A DNA stretch of 64,000 bases from Eledone cirrhosa (taxonomy: Eukaryota), in assembly GCA_964016885.1 (NCBI GenBank), contig OZ024741.1, positions 95,418,001-95,482,000 of the forward strand, given 5' to 3'. Below the pieces are notes generated by a model, which had not been told where the DNA came from, did not search any database, and saw only the letters and a list, made by a program, of their open reading frames with translations. Shown here in pieces: positions 12,988 through 26,289 of this stretch; position 1 is the stretch's first letter; each line of letters opens with the position of its first letter. The position numbers and the translations under genes were made by a program.

Positions 12988-13200
12988 CTTGTTGTTTAGC
13001 CCCAGGTCAACACTCACTGATCAGACATACTATCAATGATTGAAGTCTTTCCATCCATGACTACCCTGTCTTTTTCTTAGGCACTGAGAACCAAAGCCTA
13101 CACTATCCAATGTATTTCTGAGACATTATGGTGAGATTTGAAAGAGATTTACCTGCTATTTCTAGCCGGTCAAACAGCACTGTAATGTCTCCTTCATTGA
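12988..13200 (+). mobile_element. Old unclassified interspersed repeat, family G
   Basis: TTGTTGTTTAGCCCCAGGTCA...GATTT(G)GCTGCTATTTCTAGC; diverged copies near 17600, 22690, 28590, 29510(-), 42130 and 62210-63980. Confidence 0.6.
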
Positions 13201-13634
13201 CTTAATTTGTTGTTGTTGTCAGTTTAAAACTTGTATTTGCCATTTAGCAAGTAAACATTAGTTAGAAGCAGAAAGTTATTTCCCCTGCTCTCTTTATCTC
13301 TCTCCCCTATCCCAACACACACCACTATACTAGGCAGTATTTCCTTGTCATCTACTGAGGACATCACTTCTTTTGAAGCGGATTTTATATAATATGCTTT
13401 ATCCACTTTATGATAGCTTTTCTAGATAACTTGCACTCAATCTTTGCATGGAGTGCACACATGCATATGTACACATACAGGCACAGAAACATACAAACCA
13501 TGTGTCCTACATGACTGTCCTGTTATCGAATATTTAAAAATAGTTAAAACTGCTTGACTTGCAACATATGCGGTACACACACAGACATACTTATGTGCAC
13601 ACACGCACACATAGGCATTCTGGCAGTTAGTGGA

Positions 13635-14200
13635 TGTTGTAATGTGGAAATTAAGGTATGTTGTGTAGTGTAGTATGGATATTAGGGTGTGTTTTATGGT
13701 GCAGTGTGGAACTTAGGGTTTGTTGTGTGGTATAGTGTGGACATTGGGATATGTTGTAATGTGGTTACTGTGGTATATTGTGTAGTGTAGTGTGGACACT
13801 GGGATATGTTTTGTGGTCAGTGGGATATGATGTGTGGAAATCAGGGTATATTGTATGGTGCAGTGTGGAAGTTAAGATTTGGCAACTTTATCCTAGAGTA
13901 TTGTGGTATTTAGGGGCATGTTGTATAGTATAATGTGGAATTAAGTGAGATGCAGACACCCTGGCCTCTCTGGGAGATCAGTCGCCCCACTTCAGTACTG
14001 ACTTGGTCTGTATAGATTCGTCCAACCTTTGCTATCAGGGAAAATGGACGTTAAATGATGATGATAATGATGATGAGTATAGGGTGGCAGTTAAGGTATA
14101 TGGTATGGAGTAGTGGGACAGTTAGGATATATGGTGCAGTTGTTACAGCATGTGGCATGATATTGTCTGGAAGTTAGAGTATGTGGTGTGCTGTGGTGCA
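13635..14200. repeat. Degenerate ~31-bp GT-rich minisatellite, interrupted by a LINE/SINE tail at about 13950-14075
   Basis: Recurring GTGYAGTGTGGA(A)ATTAGGGTATGTTGT-like unit. Confidence 0.6.
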
Positions 14201-15409
14201 TTCATTGGACATGGTTGGCAACTGAAGACAAAGCTTTGTCAATTGATATTGTATGTAGTTTGGTGCATATATCATGTAGTTTTATAAAATCTCAGACAAA
14301 AAGTGCGGGTGAGTATAAATCATCTTGCTGCTACCTTTTGACAGCTTAGTCATTCATTGGTAAGACATTCCTGTCACATTATGTACTTTGGTAGAGTTAT
14401 ACAGCAAATGGTAGTCGGGTTAGGATTGTCTGGGGCGTTGTTACACAATTTAGTTTAAATTTCTAAACAGAAGCTCCGCTGCACATAGATACTTAAACAC
14501 ATTCATTTTGCAAATGAAGCTTGGTATATACTATATATGTATGTATAGTGTGCATGTGTTTTATAGATATTTAGGAGTTTTTTTTATTTTGTTCTCTTTT
14601 AACCCTTTTAATACCAAACTGCCTAAAACCATCCATGTTCTATGATGTAAAATTTCCCCATTTTAAAGTGTTCAAAATCTTTCTTCATAATTTTATGCAA
14701 CACATTCTTGGTATGTAATGTTCCTAACAGCTTACTAACAAAACATTATTTTACTAAAAATTCTTAATATTTTTGATTATTTTCAAAATTAATTGAAACA
14801 TACTAGCTGTGTATTTCATTAGCTTTTTCTGGTTAATTTTGAAATCACAAAGTAATAATAATAATAATTGACTAGATATTATTGTTAAAAATTTGTTGAA
14901 AAATCTTGTCTTAAACATTTGAAAAACTCAGTTAATAGAAGTTAGAAGATTTTGTGGCATCCCAAAACAATTACATTACCTGTAGTCATTAGGGCACTAG
15001 GAATCATATCCAAAGGTGCAAACAATTATATAGCCCAATTTCCAGGTTGTCCTAAAATCAGTCAGTTGCAAAAAATCATTCTCATGGGAGCTTCACACAT
15101 TTTACACAAGTTTCTCTCAATGTAGGCTAAAAAAATTATACATACAAATATACATGCAGTCAAATATATACACACTCACAGTTTGTAAACTGAAATTTCT
15201 GGATTATTTTACCAATCTTACAACTACATGGTATATCACCTCTTAACACTGACAAGCTTGATGTTTCTAATTGAGACTTGGAGCAGCTCCTGCAAACAAA
15301 AGTCTAAGTCTAAAATGTCTAAAATCTGTCTTAAGCCAGAAGACTGGTTACGCCAATGCTTATCTTGGTTTCATGGCGTGAAGCGACTGAGAATACAAGA
15401 CTCCCCTGA

Positions 15410-15800
15410 TACTCATTTACAGCTGAGTATACTGGAACAATGTAAATGAAGTGTTTTGCTCAAGAACACAACATGCAGCCCAGCCCAGGAATCAAACCCA
15501 AGACATTATGATCGTCAACCAACACCCTTACCATTAGGCCACGTTCCTCTACTCCTACAAACAAAAGCAGAGGCAAAACATAATAATAATTATTATTTCT
15601 AGCATTGGCACAAGGCCAGCAATTTGAGGGAAGGGGTAAAGTTAATCACATTGGGCTCAGTACTTGACTGTTACTTTATTGTATCGATCCTCCAGAAGGA
15701 TGAAAGTCAAAGCAGACCTCAGTGGGATTTGAACCCAAAATATAAAGATCTGTAACTAAATACCAAAAGTAATTTTGTCTGACTTTTGTTGCACAAGTAA
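15410..15800 (-). mobile_element. Adjacent diverged SINE D head and SINE A (long variant)
   Basis: Reverse complements of both families. Confidence 0.6.
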
Positions 15801-15821
15801 TTTTGTCTACACTTTCTGCCA

Positions 15822-15855
<34 letters not shown>

Positions 15856-16029
15856 GTCATAATTTTTGTTGTTGGCAAAAAGCCAGAAAGTTTTGGGGAG
15901 TATTAGCTGACTTAATTGATACCAGTTATTGACTGGTGTTTATTTTGTCAACCCCAACAGGATTTCAAATCAGAGCTATAATGGGTTACTTACATAGTGA
16001 CTATCTCTTTTGCTCTCCTAGTTATTTGT

Positions 16030-16200
16030 GGACAGCATGGCTGAATGGTTAAGAAATTTGCTTCGCAATCATTAGGTCCTGGGTTCAATCCCACTGTGTG
16101 GTACCTTGGGTAAGGAAAAAGTATCATTTACCATAGCCTCTTGTTGACCCAAACCTTGTCAGTAAAATTGGGTAGATAGAAACTGTTTAGAAGCTCATCA
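16030..16200 (+). mobile_element. tRNA-derived SINE family F
   Basis: A-box TGGCTGAATGG, B-box GGGTTCAATCCC, then CACTG.GTGG.ACCTTGGG; other copies near 24280(-), 28265, 36505, 39960(-), 42590(-), 46930(-), 55490. Confidence 0.7.
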
Positions 16201-18135
16201 GATGGACTGTACATATAATTCAAAGGGCCAGCCTTGTCAAATCCTGAATCTCCCTGCAAATTATTTTAAATGTACATATTTCTGTGGAATGCTGAGCTAC
16301 TTACATGTTAATTTCATGAGTAGGTTGCTCTATTGATTGAACAACAGAAACATTCATTGTTGAAACTAATAGGGGGAACCATTCTTAGTTACTAACCCCT
16401 CAATACTAATCACATAAGCCAATTATCCTTTATCTCGACATTCCTGGGTTGTTCTTCTCTTAGCTTCCTTCTTCTACTCATCCTAACAAATATGCAAAAA
16501 AAGAATCTCAAAAGTTATTATTTCTATAGTTACACTAATATTTAGGTCTACAAAAAATAAATGAGCACATGTAAGAATTATGTTTTTTTTTTATTTCATA
16601 TGATATTGTGTGTAGCAGTTTTTGGGGTTTTTTTTAACAATACAATGTATACCCTAGCTTTTAGAGTAGGTACACTTGGCAGAGTCATTAGAACGTCGGA
16701 TAAGAATGCTTTATAGTATTCATTCTGGCTCTCTGCTATCTGAGTTTGAATCCCAAGGTCAACTTTGCCTTTCAAAAGAACCAGTCTAGGGTCGATTCTT
16801 CCTCTCTCTGGAAGAAATCTGCTGTACTCAGGCTTGGAGAGGGATAGGCCCAAGAAACACTGTATGTCAATACGGCACCCCTACGACTCTATCAGGAGTT
16901 TCAGGACAATACCATATATGCTGTAAGACGCAACTAAAAGAATTTGCATCAATAAGGACAGGATGGAGTTGTAAAATGCTGCCTCAAAATATCTCATCAA
17001 ACCCATACCAGCATGGAAATGTAGACTAAAAATAATTAGAACAATGTTGATTATTTTAAAATTAAAATTAAAATTTTGTTTTCAAACCTCCACAAACACA
17101 GTCATCATCATCAACATTATTATTATCTATAGAATTTCTTGTGTTTATAGTTTACAATTCTGGTATGGATTTTCAAGAGTGTTTCGAAGAGATTCTATCT
17201 ATCTGTCTCTAACTTTGGCTAGTTCTTCATGTATTGATGTTCCTTAGCTGTTTCAAACCAGTGGTTTTCTAACATTTTTTGTCTTCATATCCCCCTCTCT
17301 ACTTAAAGCTATGTATATCACCCAAATTCCCTTCTTCCTCACCCACAGACCTATAATGCAAACATTTTATCTATCTGCCAGACAGATCCACTGAGAATAT
17401 TTCTGCTCTAATTGTTTATAATATTTATAATTTCTAGTCTCAGTTTTAATGTTATTTTATTATACAATGTTATGAATTGTGAATTATGGTTTTTTTTCCA
17501 GATTTTTATCTAAAATTATTTTGTGCCTCACCTAAATCATTTCTCATGCTCCATTGTGGAGGTCGAGTGGGCGTCATTGTAGATTTCTAACTCCCCTCTC
17601 CTCCAATCAAATCTATAATTCTAAGACATTCCAGCCATGACTATCCTGTCTTAATTTCAGACATTGTATATTTAGGACTACATCATCCAAATTATCCTTT
17701 CTTTTTTTTACATGGAATTGTGTTATTTAAGAAATATTTGGCTGCTACTACTAGCAGATTGAGTAACCATATAGCTCTTTTGTTGGAGGATAAAAAAGAG
17801 AGGGTCATTTATGAGAGAGAGAGAGAGAGAACCCCCCACCCCCACAACATACAAGATGTTATAGACAGACTAGTGCAGTTCTTTTAGAATTCCTAATATG
17901 AATTAACTTGTATATTAAAATATTCATATAAAACTGATGACCTGGTAAACAGGAAAGGAGGAATTATAAAATATGACTTTCTATATGGTGATGGTGGCAA
18001 CATGTGTGCATGTACACACTTTCTAGCTTCCAAAGGAATGGTGGGTGATAACAAGGCCATGTACAACAAATATTAAAAAGCTGTATTTTGCCGGTGTGCC
18101 AAGAGATATGAAATAGAGAAAAAGAGAGAACTATT

Positions 18136-18363
18136 TTAACCCTTTAGCATTTAAAGCAGCCGTATCCGGCTAGAATTCTCTCACTTTTTCTGTTCAAACC
18201 AGCTGTAACTGGTCGCTCATACTGATGTTAAGGTACTGTTCTCAAAATAAATAATATCAAAATCTCATCGATTCAATATTATGTGAGATAATTATTTGAG
18301 GTAAAGCCTTTACTGTGAGAATACAATAGTAAATATAAAGTAATGTAAATACTAAAAGGTTAA
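18136..18363 (-). mobile_element. MITE family B
   Basis: TTAA ends, TIRs, body reversed. Confidence 0.85.
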
Positions 18364-18750
18364 AGATTTTGGCCCTTCAGTTCAGAAATGTCAAAATCCT
18401 CCATTTCCACACACATACTACATATGCAGGAAATATTAATGTCAATTTGATTGCATTGGCACAAACAGCACACACACACACACACACACACCGGTAAATT
18501 TTTAAAAACCTGATGCAGAAGTATTGCTACCAGCCTGCTCCAGTTTTAGAGGCAGCCCTTCAGGTGTGATCACCTGCCTTTTCTCTCTCCCCTTATTTTA
18601 TTATGGGGCAACCGCATTAGGGCTATTTTCAAAGCCTATATAACAAACTAAAGAGAAGAAACTACTGTTGTTTTATAATAATTATAACTCAACTACCCTG
18701 TTTTTATTATAACTTCCACCATTGCACTTTTACACAACCAAACACACATC

Positions 18751-18963
18751 ACTACTGGCATTACATATTGCACTATTTATTGTAACTACTTACTTTTGGT
18801 GTTTACTTCACTACTGTCATTACATATGGCACTATTTATTGTAACTACTTACTTTTGGTGTTTACTTCACTACTGTCATTACATATTGCACTATTTATTG
18901 TAACTACTTACTTTTGGTGTTTACTTCACTACTGTCATTACATATGGCACTATTTTGGTGTTT
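18751..18963. repeat. 59-bp tandem repeat, ~3.5 units
   Basis: Units start at 18751, 18810, 18869 and 18928 (ACTACTGTCATTACATATTGCACTATTTATTGTAACTACTTACTTTTGGTGTTTACTTC). Confidence 0.95.
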
Positions 18964-19796
18964 CAGAAATTATATTGAAAATAAAAAAAATTCTATTGAT
19001 TTATTGCTTACAGTAAATATACAGAAATGTATATAGTATGAGGAATGAAAACATGTGACATTTACCCTAGTCTCTCTTTTTCTCTAGTTTGTATCATCAA
19101 GTTGTGAGTTCAATTCCCGAACCGGGCTTTGTGTTATGTTCTTGAGCAAGAGACTTTATTTCACGTTGCTCCAGTTTACCCAGCTGTAGAAATGAGTTGT
19201 GGTGTCATTGGTGCCAAGTTGTATCGGCCATTGCCTTTCCCTTGGACAATATTGGTGGCATGGAGAGGGGTGACTGGTATGCATGGGTGACTGCTTTATA
19301 ATTTTTTTTTGTATACATTTTTGGGTTCTCTCGGTAGCAATTCCTTTTTTCTGTGTTCATCCACATATTGCATGGGTTTACCTCCTCCAATTCATAAACT
19401 TTACCAATGTTGCTGATTCTGACGACCTTGAATTTTATGTAAGAACCTTATGCTCCAAATATCAGATTAATAAATGAGAAATTTAGTTATATTTTTAAAT
19501 CACTTTAAATTCTTGATTATTTCCAAAATTATTTGAAAACCATAGCCTACATCATTAATTACAAAATATAGTAGTGAAAGGAGTAATTAATTCAACTAAA
19601 ACTGAATGAGACATAGTTATCAAGTATTACGAGATGGAATTATTCTTGGAATAAAAATAATTGTAATATCTCTCACATTATGAAACAATATAATGTTAGT
19701 AATAGAATAATTTAGAAGTATTATTAGTTTTTATATTATTGAAATTCCATTCTATATCTAAATAACCTTTACTTCATCAACCAATATGAGCCTTTT

Positions 19797-20140
19797 TAGA
19801 GTTACGTCCCTTTACGATCTGAGTTCAATTCCCACCGAGGTTAACTTTGCCTTTCATCCTTATGGGGTCAATAAAATAAAGCACCAGTAATGCACTGGGA
19901 ATAGCCTTGTGCCAAAAGTAGAAACAATTATTATTATTATTATAAGGGCAGTGGGTTGGCAGTATTGACAGAACGTCGGACAACATGCTTTTCAGCATAG
20001 AGTTACGTCCCTTTACGATCTGAGTTCAAATCCCACCGAGGTTAACTTTGCCTTTCATCCTTACGGGGTCGATAAAATAAAGTACCAGTAATGCACTGAG
20101 TAATTGCTGGCCTTGTGCCAAAAGTAGAAACAATTATTAT
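19797..20140 (+). mobile_element. Two head-to-tail SINE A copies (one truncated, one full)
   Basis: Family A body twice with (ATT)n tails. Confidence 0.9.
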
Positions 20141-20460
20141 ACATTTTATCCAATTAACATTTGATATATTCAAATATACCCACTGTATGTCTGTTATATG
20201 CTATGTTTATATTTCATCTTACATAATTGTCCAAAGATTAGAAATGATACTCAGAGTAACAATTTCTTAAGTTTCACCTTCCAATAGATTATACATGTGC
20301 AAAGCCTGCACATATATACACACACGCACACGTATGTATGTCAGGTCATCTTAGTGTAGTGGTCTATGTAGTTGTCAGCTATACCTGGGATACAACAGGT
20401 ATGTGGTTAGATTCCCTTAGGCAGTTCTTGTATTAAGTTTATCATAAAAAAAAAACTGAA

Positions 20461-20546
<86 letters not shown>

Positions 20547-21178
20547 GTGTGTGTATATACCTAGACACACACAGAGAAAAGGTGTAGCTATTATATAGCT
20601 GTTATTTAAAGAAATAAAAGAAACAATTCTGAGCAGAAAGTGATGAGGAAGGATGTAGTGTGTAATATTGTAAAAATGTGTTTGATATTAACTATTTTAG
20701 ACATGCCCCAACCAAATTGATATGGTGGGGATGTCAACTTATTATTTTGACTTTGTAAAGACCACCTGACAATCAAACAGGTCATGACCTCTGTCAAGTG
20801 AGTATGAGGGTTAGGGTTGTCTTTTGGGGGATTGTGTGGAGGAAAGGAAGCATTAAAGTATATTCAAATGTTCTGAAATTTAACCTACCTGAGGATAGAA
20901 AATGTAGCTAGTACAATTTAATAATGATAATTATATTAATATAACTAACATTCAGAGTTCTTTGCTTTTGGATATGAATGGATTAAAGTGTTTATTAACT
21001 TCTTAAATTAGGAAATGAATTTCCTGTAATTAATTTTGCTTATTTTTTTCCTTTGTAATTCTCAACAGTTGGTTGGTGTTTAAGTTTTGTTTTAGTAAAG
21101 GATTTTACTACCATATTCTTTTTAATGTGCCCCACAGATATATATGTATATATCTAGGGAATGTATACACACACACAT

Positions 21179-21237
<59 letters not shown>

Positions 21238-21989
21238 TTGGCTACCTGTACCTTTTATTTTTTCTTCATTATCAATATTGCTTATTACCCTTTTTAAAAA
21301 AAAAGTTCCTTGAAAAGAATATTGTCTTCTAATATACTTAGAATACTGTACATTTTTTTTTTACAAAATAAAGAAAAGAGGAAAGAATCCATTAAAATAG
21401 ATATCTTCTTTTCAATTGGTATGTAAGTTAATAAATTTGATTCTGTTAGTATTTAGGCATTGTTGTTTGAGATGGCTCTTCCACTCAGCACCATGTGATA
21501 TGATTCAGCTTTTCAACTGACCTGTTGGGAAGGAGAGAAGCTGAGAAGGCCTCCTGCTGGTAAGGCAAACCTGATTGGTTCCTGCAAAGAGCCATCTTCA
21601 GGTAAGCTGGCCTGTTATAAATAGATTAATTGGTTTTTGGTTCCCTCTTTTACCTGCTATCTCTTACCTGAGAGGCTAGGCAGGCAACAATGTGTTTGCT
21701 GCTTATATATTGATATGATAAGAAAAAAAAGAGAGAAAAACACGAAAAGACCATAATACACACATCCTAATGGATGGACTTGGAATTTACTTACCTTTTC
21801 TTTAACCTCATCTCACTTACCTGGATTGTTTGGTAGAAAACTTCTCAAACATGTTACGGTGATACCTTGTTTTTGTTTCATTTTGTTGCCCTTTTTTAGT
21901 GGGGAGGGGGATCTGTTTTGTTTTTCCTTTCCATCATAAATTATTCTTGTATAATTTACCTACTAAAAAATGTTTTCTTAAAGTATCGG

Positions 21990-24060
21990 TAGTGGTAGTT
22001 TATATTATGTGTGGGGACTTGTCCGGCCACTGTTTTTTTCTTACCTGCCGATCTCTGTTACTTTAAACATCCCGCATCATAGATACACACTATGTTAGCC
22101 CGGGCTGGTGTGTGTTGCAACTACGACAATTCACCTTGATAGCCTTTATGATTATTATTATTATTGCTGTTGTGTTAGCAGTGGTTGTTGTTTTTCCTAT
22201 TTCTCTTTCTCTCTTAATTTTAAATCTTTCTGTTCGTATCTTATAACATGGTGTTAAACGAGAGATAGAGAGAGAAAGAGTACCTAGAGCAGTCAGTGCT
22301 CACTTGACCTAGTTGTACCTTCCCCCTCCTTCGTTTACACCTGACCAAAGTACACACTAGTTCTCACTCCCTCCTTACTCTCTCTTCATTGATAACAGGA
22401 AGTTTTGATGTGACTACTACTATAACTACTAGTACCTCTACCACCTATACACACACACATATGAAAAAGATAGTGAGATAAAACATGTACGTTAAGAACA
22501 CTGTCCACAAATTTATAGTAACTTTAATATCTTTCTTCTCTGATCAGCTATTCTTTACTTTTTTTAAACTACCACGGCGAGGTCCTTCAAATATATATAT
22601 CATATATAAGGTCCAAATGTTTTAAACTTTCTAATTGAGATTTCAGTAACTTTCTTGTCTCACACATATATTTTACATGTGCAGGTTGTTGTTTAACCCC
22701 AGGCTAGCTTTCAACTAGCAGGTCTGTGATGAAAACTCATTCTTGCTATTTAACCACCCCATCTTATCCTGTATTTGAGGATGATTTTGGTTGTTCTTTC
22801 TAGTAGGCCAGGCATACAATCACGTATACGATCTTTAGTTGATTTATATATTTATATATCCTGTTGCTTGAAACTTAGTCCTATGACTAAAGTGAGCCTC
22901 CTCAATCGTTCATTTACGATAAGAAACTTCAAATTCATATAACCCCCAATCCCCTATCTCTTCACCCTTTTCTCTTTCTTTATTCCTACTTTGTGTTACT
23001 GTGTTACCATGTTCTATTTTTCTTTTTTTTCTAATAAGAACTTAGTGATAAAGTCTCCTTCCCCCCCCCCTCTTATAACAAAACAATAGTTATTATTTTC
23101 AGTCTCAAGTTTGTTGTTTCTTCTCCATCTTTTAATCTACACTACACACGCAGCTCACAATAGCTTTCTTTGTTTATTTATTTATTTCACATATTTACTT
23201 ATTGATTACTTATTTATTTATCACTTCCATACTAAGAACGACATCAAGACCTCTCTACACATCTGCCATATTTTGTCTGTCCTTCCATAAGTGTGTGTGT
23301 GTGTGTGTTTCTATTATTATTATTCTTTTTTTTATCATGCATTGTTTAGCCAAGGTGTTTTTCTCTATTGTCTGCGTAGCTTACCTTGCTAAACTAAATC
23401 TTTAATACTTACTGAATTAACAATTAATCGATAAAGCACCAACCAACATGGATTTTAAAATCTCTTGAATATATTTCGAATATTTTATTCTTTCACTGCT
23501 TTCAGTCGCTGGACTGCGGCTGTGTTTGGGGTGGGGTAGGGCGCTCCCTCCTTAAGCGTTTTAGTCAATTATATCCACCCCAGTATTTCTTTCAGCCAAG
23601 CAGTTATTCTATCGATGTCTATACGTTGAATTTATGAGGTTCCTAGCAATAGTTAATTGTAGTTATGTACGTTTATATTTTTTCATTCTAAAAGAATTAT
23701 GAGCAATTTGTAATGTTATTTATGTATATATTTAAAACAAATAAATTCCTTAGTTTGCAGAACTGTTTTAAGGGACATGGAAGAACACTAATATAACACA
23801 GATTTTTAGATTGATGTTACATGAAACCGGACAAAGATATACACCTAACATAAACACACAAAGTAGACGTTCATGAAACTAGGCAATATAATCATCTATG
23901 CAAGATATTTAATCACGTCGAGAATATAACATCTCAACAGGTAGTCGGTGGTATGACTTCATGTCTGTGAAACGAATGAACCTCAGATTCATCACAAAGG
24001 AAATATATAATATTTACATATCTCTCTCTCTCTCTCGTTATGCTTTGGGAGGGTCATGTT
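21990..24060. promoter_or_regulatory. CpG-retaining, repeat-poor segment; candidate promoter region
   Basis: Roughly 30-35 CpG in 2.1 kb by eye versus under 10 in 29-31 kb; adjacent to a cluster of minus-strand splice-donor motifs. Confidence 0.3.
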
Positions 24061-24780
24061 GCCAATAAGAAACGAAATATATATATATATCATCATCATC
24101 ATCATTTTACGTCCGCTTTTCTCTGCTTGCAAGGGTAGGACGGGAACTGATTCTGGCTTGATTTCTACAGCTGGATGCCCTTCCTAACACCAACCTCATT
24201 TTACAGTGAGTGCTGGGTGCTTTTGTATATATATGACCCTCCCAAAGTATAACAATATATATACACATACACAAGGTATTCGACTTGCTTCTGCTTAGTT
24301 AGTTTGAGTTTACTAAATTCCACCTGCCAGGAATTAGTCAACTTATGATAAAAATAGGAGAAACTTGCTCAAGGTGTTGCATAGTAATCGAACATGGAAC
24401 CGCATGGTTTCCAGGTGAACGTCTTAACCAGAAAGTCATGCTTTGCACCTACATGATATATTTAAAACAAATATTATATATGTATAATTTCCCCTCTTTA
24501 TGTTGTCAGCCAACTTTAATACTTACCTGTACAGTTTAATGGATTAATGATTATGGGATTATGTATGAGATCATCCTCTTTCTCTGCAAACTTAAATTCT
24601 AGTTAGCTGTGTGTGTGTGTATATATATATATATAATAATACTATTTATAGTTATGTATATAGTATAAACAACTATAAACAGCAAGGTCAGTAATTTCTT
24701 AATTACCTTATTACCAGTAAGAGAAATAGCTCAATGTATGAACATCAGTTGTTTTACAGAGCAGTTAAATAAATTTATTT

Positions 24781-25116
24781 CATCATCATTCCATTTTATG
24801 TCCGCTTTTTCCCTGCTTGCAAGGGTGGGACGGGAACTGATTCTGGCTTGATTTCTACAGCTGGATGCCCTTCCTAACACCAACCTCATTTACAGTGAGT
24901 GCTGGGTGCTTTTTTGCCGTGGCACCTCCACGACCACTTTGCAGTGGAATGATAGGGACCCCAGTCCTATCATCTCATTTCTACAGCTGAGTAAACTGGA
25001 GCAATGTGAAATAAAGTCTCTTGCTCAAGGAAACAACACATTACCCGGTCTGAGAATTGAACTCACAACCTTTCGATTGCAAGGCCAATGCTCTAACCAC
25101 TAAGCCATGTGCCTCC
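24781..25116 (-). mobile_element. Full-length SINE family D (tRNA head, CORE-like domain, RTE-type tail)
   Basis: Near-identical to 33373-33714 and 50555-50902. Confidence 0.9.
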
Positions 25117-25421
25117 ATTTATATATATATATATAAAACCAGTTACTGTTTACCACGACTATATTAGTATTTTTAGTCGTATGTGTACATACAAATAAAC
25201 GTGTGTGTGTGGATACAAATCCTGAAACACTAGCCTGGTATTCTCACATGGATACTGAGGTTGCTACGACATTATCACAACTTAAAACACTCACAGCTAG
25301 ACTTCTATATGTTTATTATACATAAGCATCTATATACTTTCGTATGAACCTTTATTATGAATCACGCTAAATTACTGCTACTACTAATTAATACACATAT
25401 ATGTATATATAAACACACCAC

Positions 25422-25452
<31 letters not shown>

Positions 25453-25551
25453 CAGGGTGTCCCAAAAATGTATACACACTTCAACAGTATTCTAATAAAC
25501 ATTGCCTGTAGAGGTAATCAAAGTGTGTATACAATTTTGAGGGACACCCTG
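25453..25551. mobile_element. Tc1/mariner-type MITE
   Basis: TIRs CAGGGTGTCCC...GGGACACCCTG, TA on the left, sits in a microsatellite; related copy at 47755-47834. Confidence 0.8.
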
Positions 25552-26289
25552 TGTGTATGTGCGTATTTAAAGATTTCATCATCACCATCATGCATCCACT
25601 TGATTTAGGTTAGACAGGAGTTCTTAGTGAAAGTTGCTATCCTCCTAGACAGGTTCAGGATCATGCCTAATGTGTATGTCTCATTTATGTCATGGTTTCT
25701 ATGGCTGGATGCCTTTCTCATAACCATTCTCTTTACTGCCAACTGAGCTGGGATTCATGTTATCTTAGCACCAGTGAGGTTGCCTTGTCCTTGTCAAGAT
25801 TAAAGAGTTTACTCTACCCTATACCGGCTGCATTCATTTGCCAACCACTTTACATCATATTTACAAACACACACATTTTTTTGTCCTTCAGAAGCATGTG
25901 TTATTTTTTCCTGCTAATATTATGTTAAATAATCTTTTATTTTCTTTGCTAATGAATAATAATATAAAAAGAATTGCTAAAAAATTTGTTACCTGGCATT
26001 TTGTATGGTTTCAAGCAATTGATTCAAACTATATTTTCATTTCCTTAATTAGTTCCATTGATTGTTTAACAATCTTGACCTCTGCCCCCTAATGATAATA
26101 AAAGTAGTTTTTTTTAAGGGGAAAATAAGTTTTTTCATGTCAAAAATTCTATTTATTTTTCATTATTTTTAAGTTGAATTTTATAAAATATGAATTGACT
26201 TTATGGTTTCCTCTTATCCCTATAATTATAATTCATTATAAATTAATGTTACATAAAATGTATTTATTATTGTTGTTGAACAATTTGTT

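Noticed and set aside
17934-17990. CTGATGA...GAAA hammerhead-like spacing
   Set aside because: Stem II pairing consumes the G of GAAA and stem I does not form
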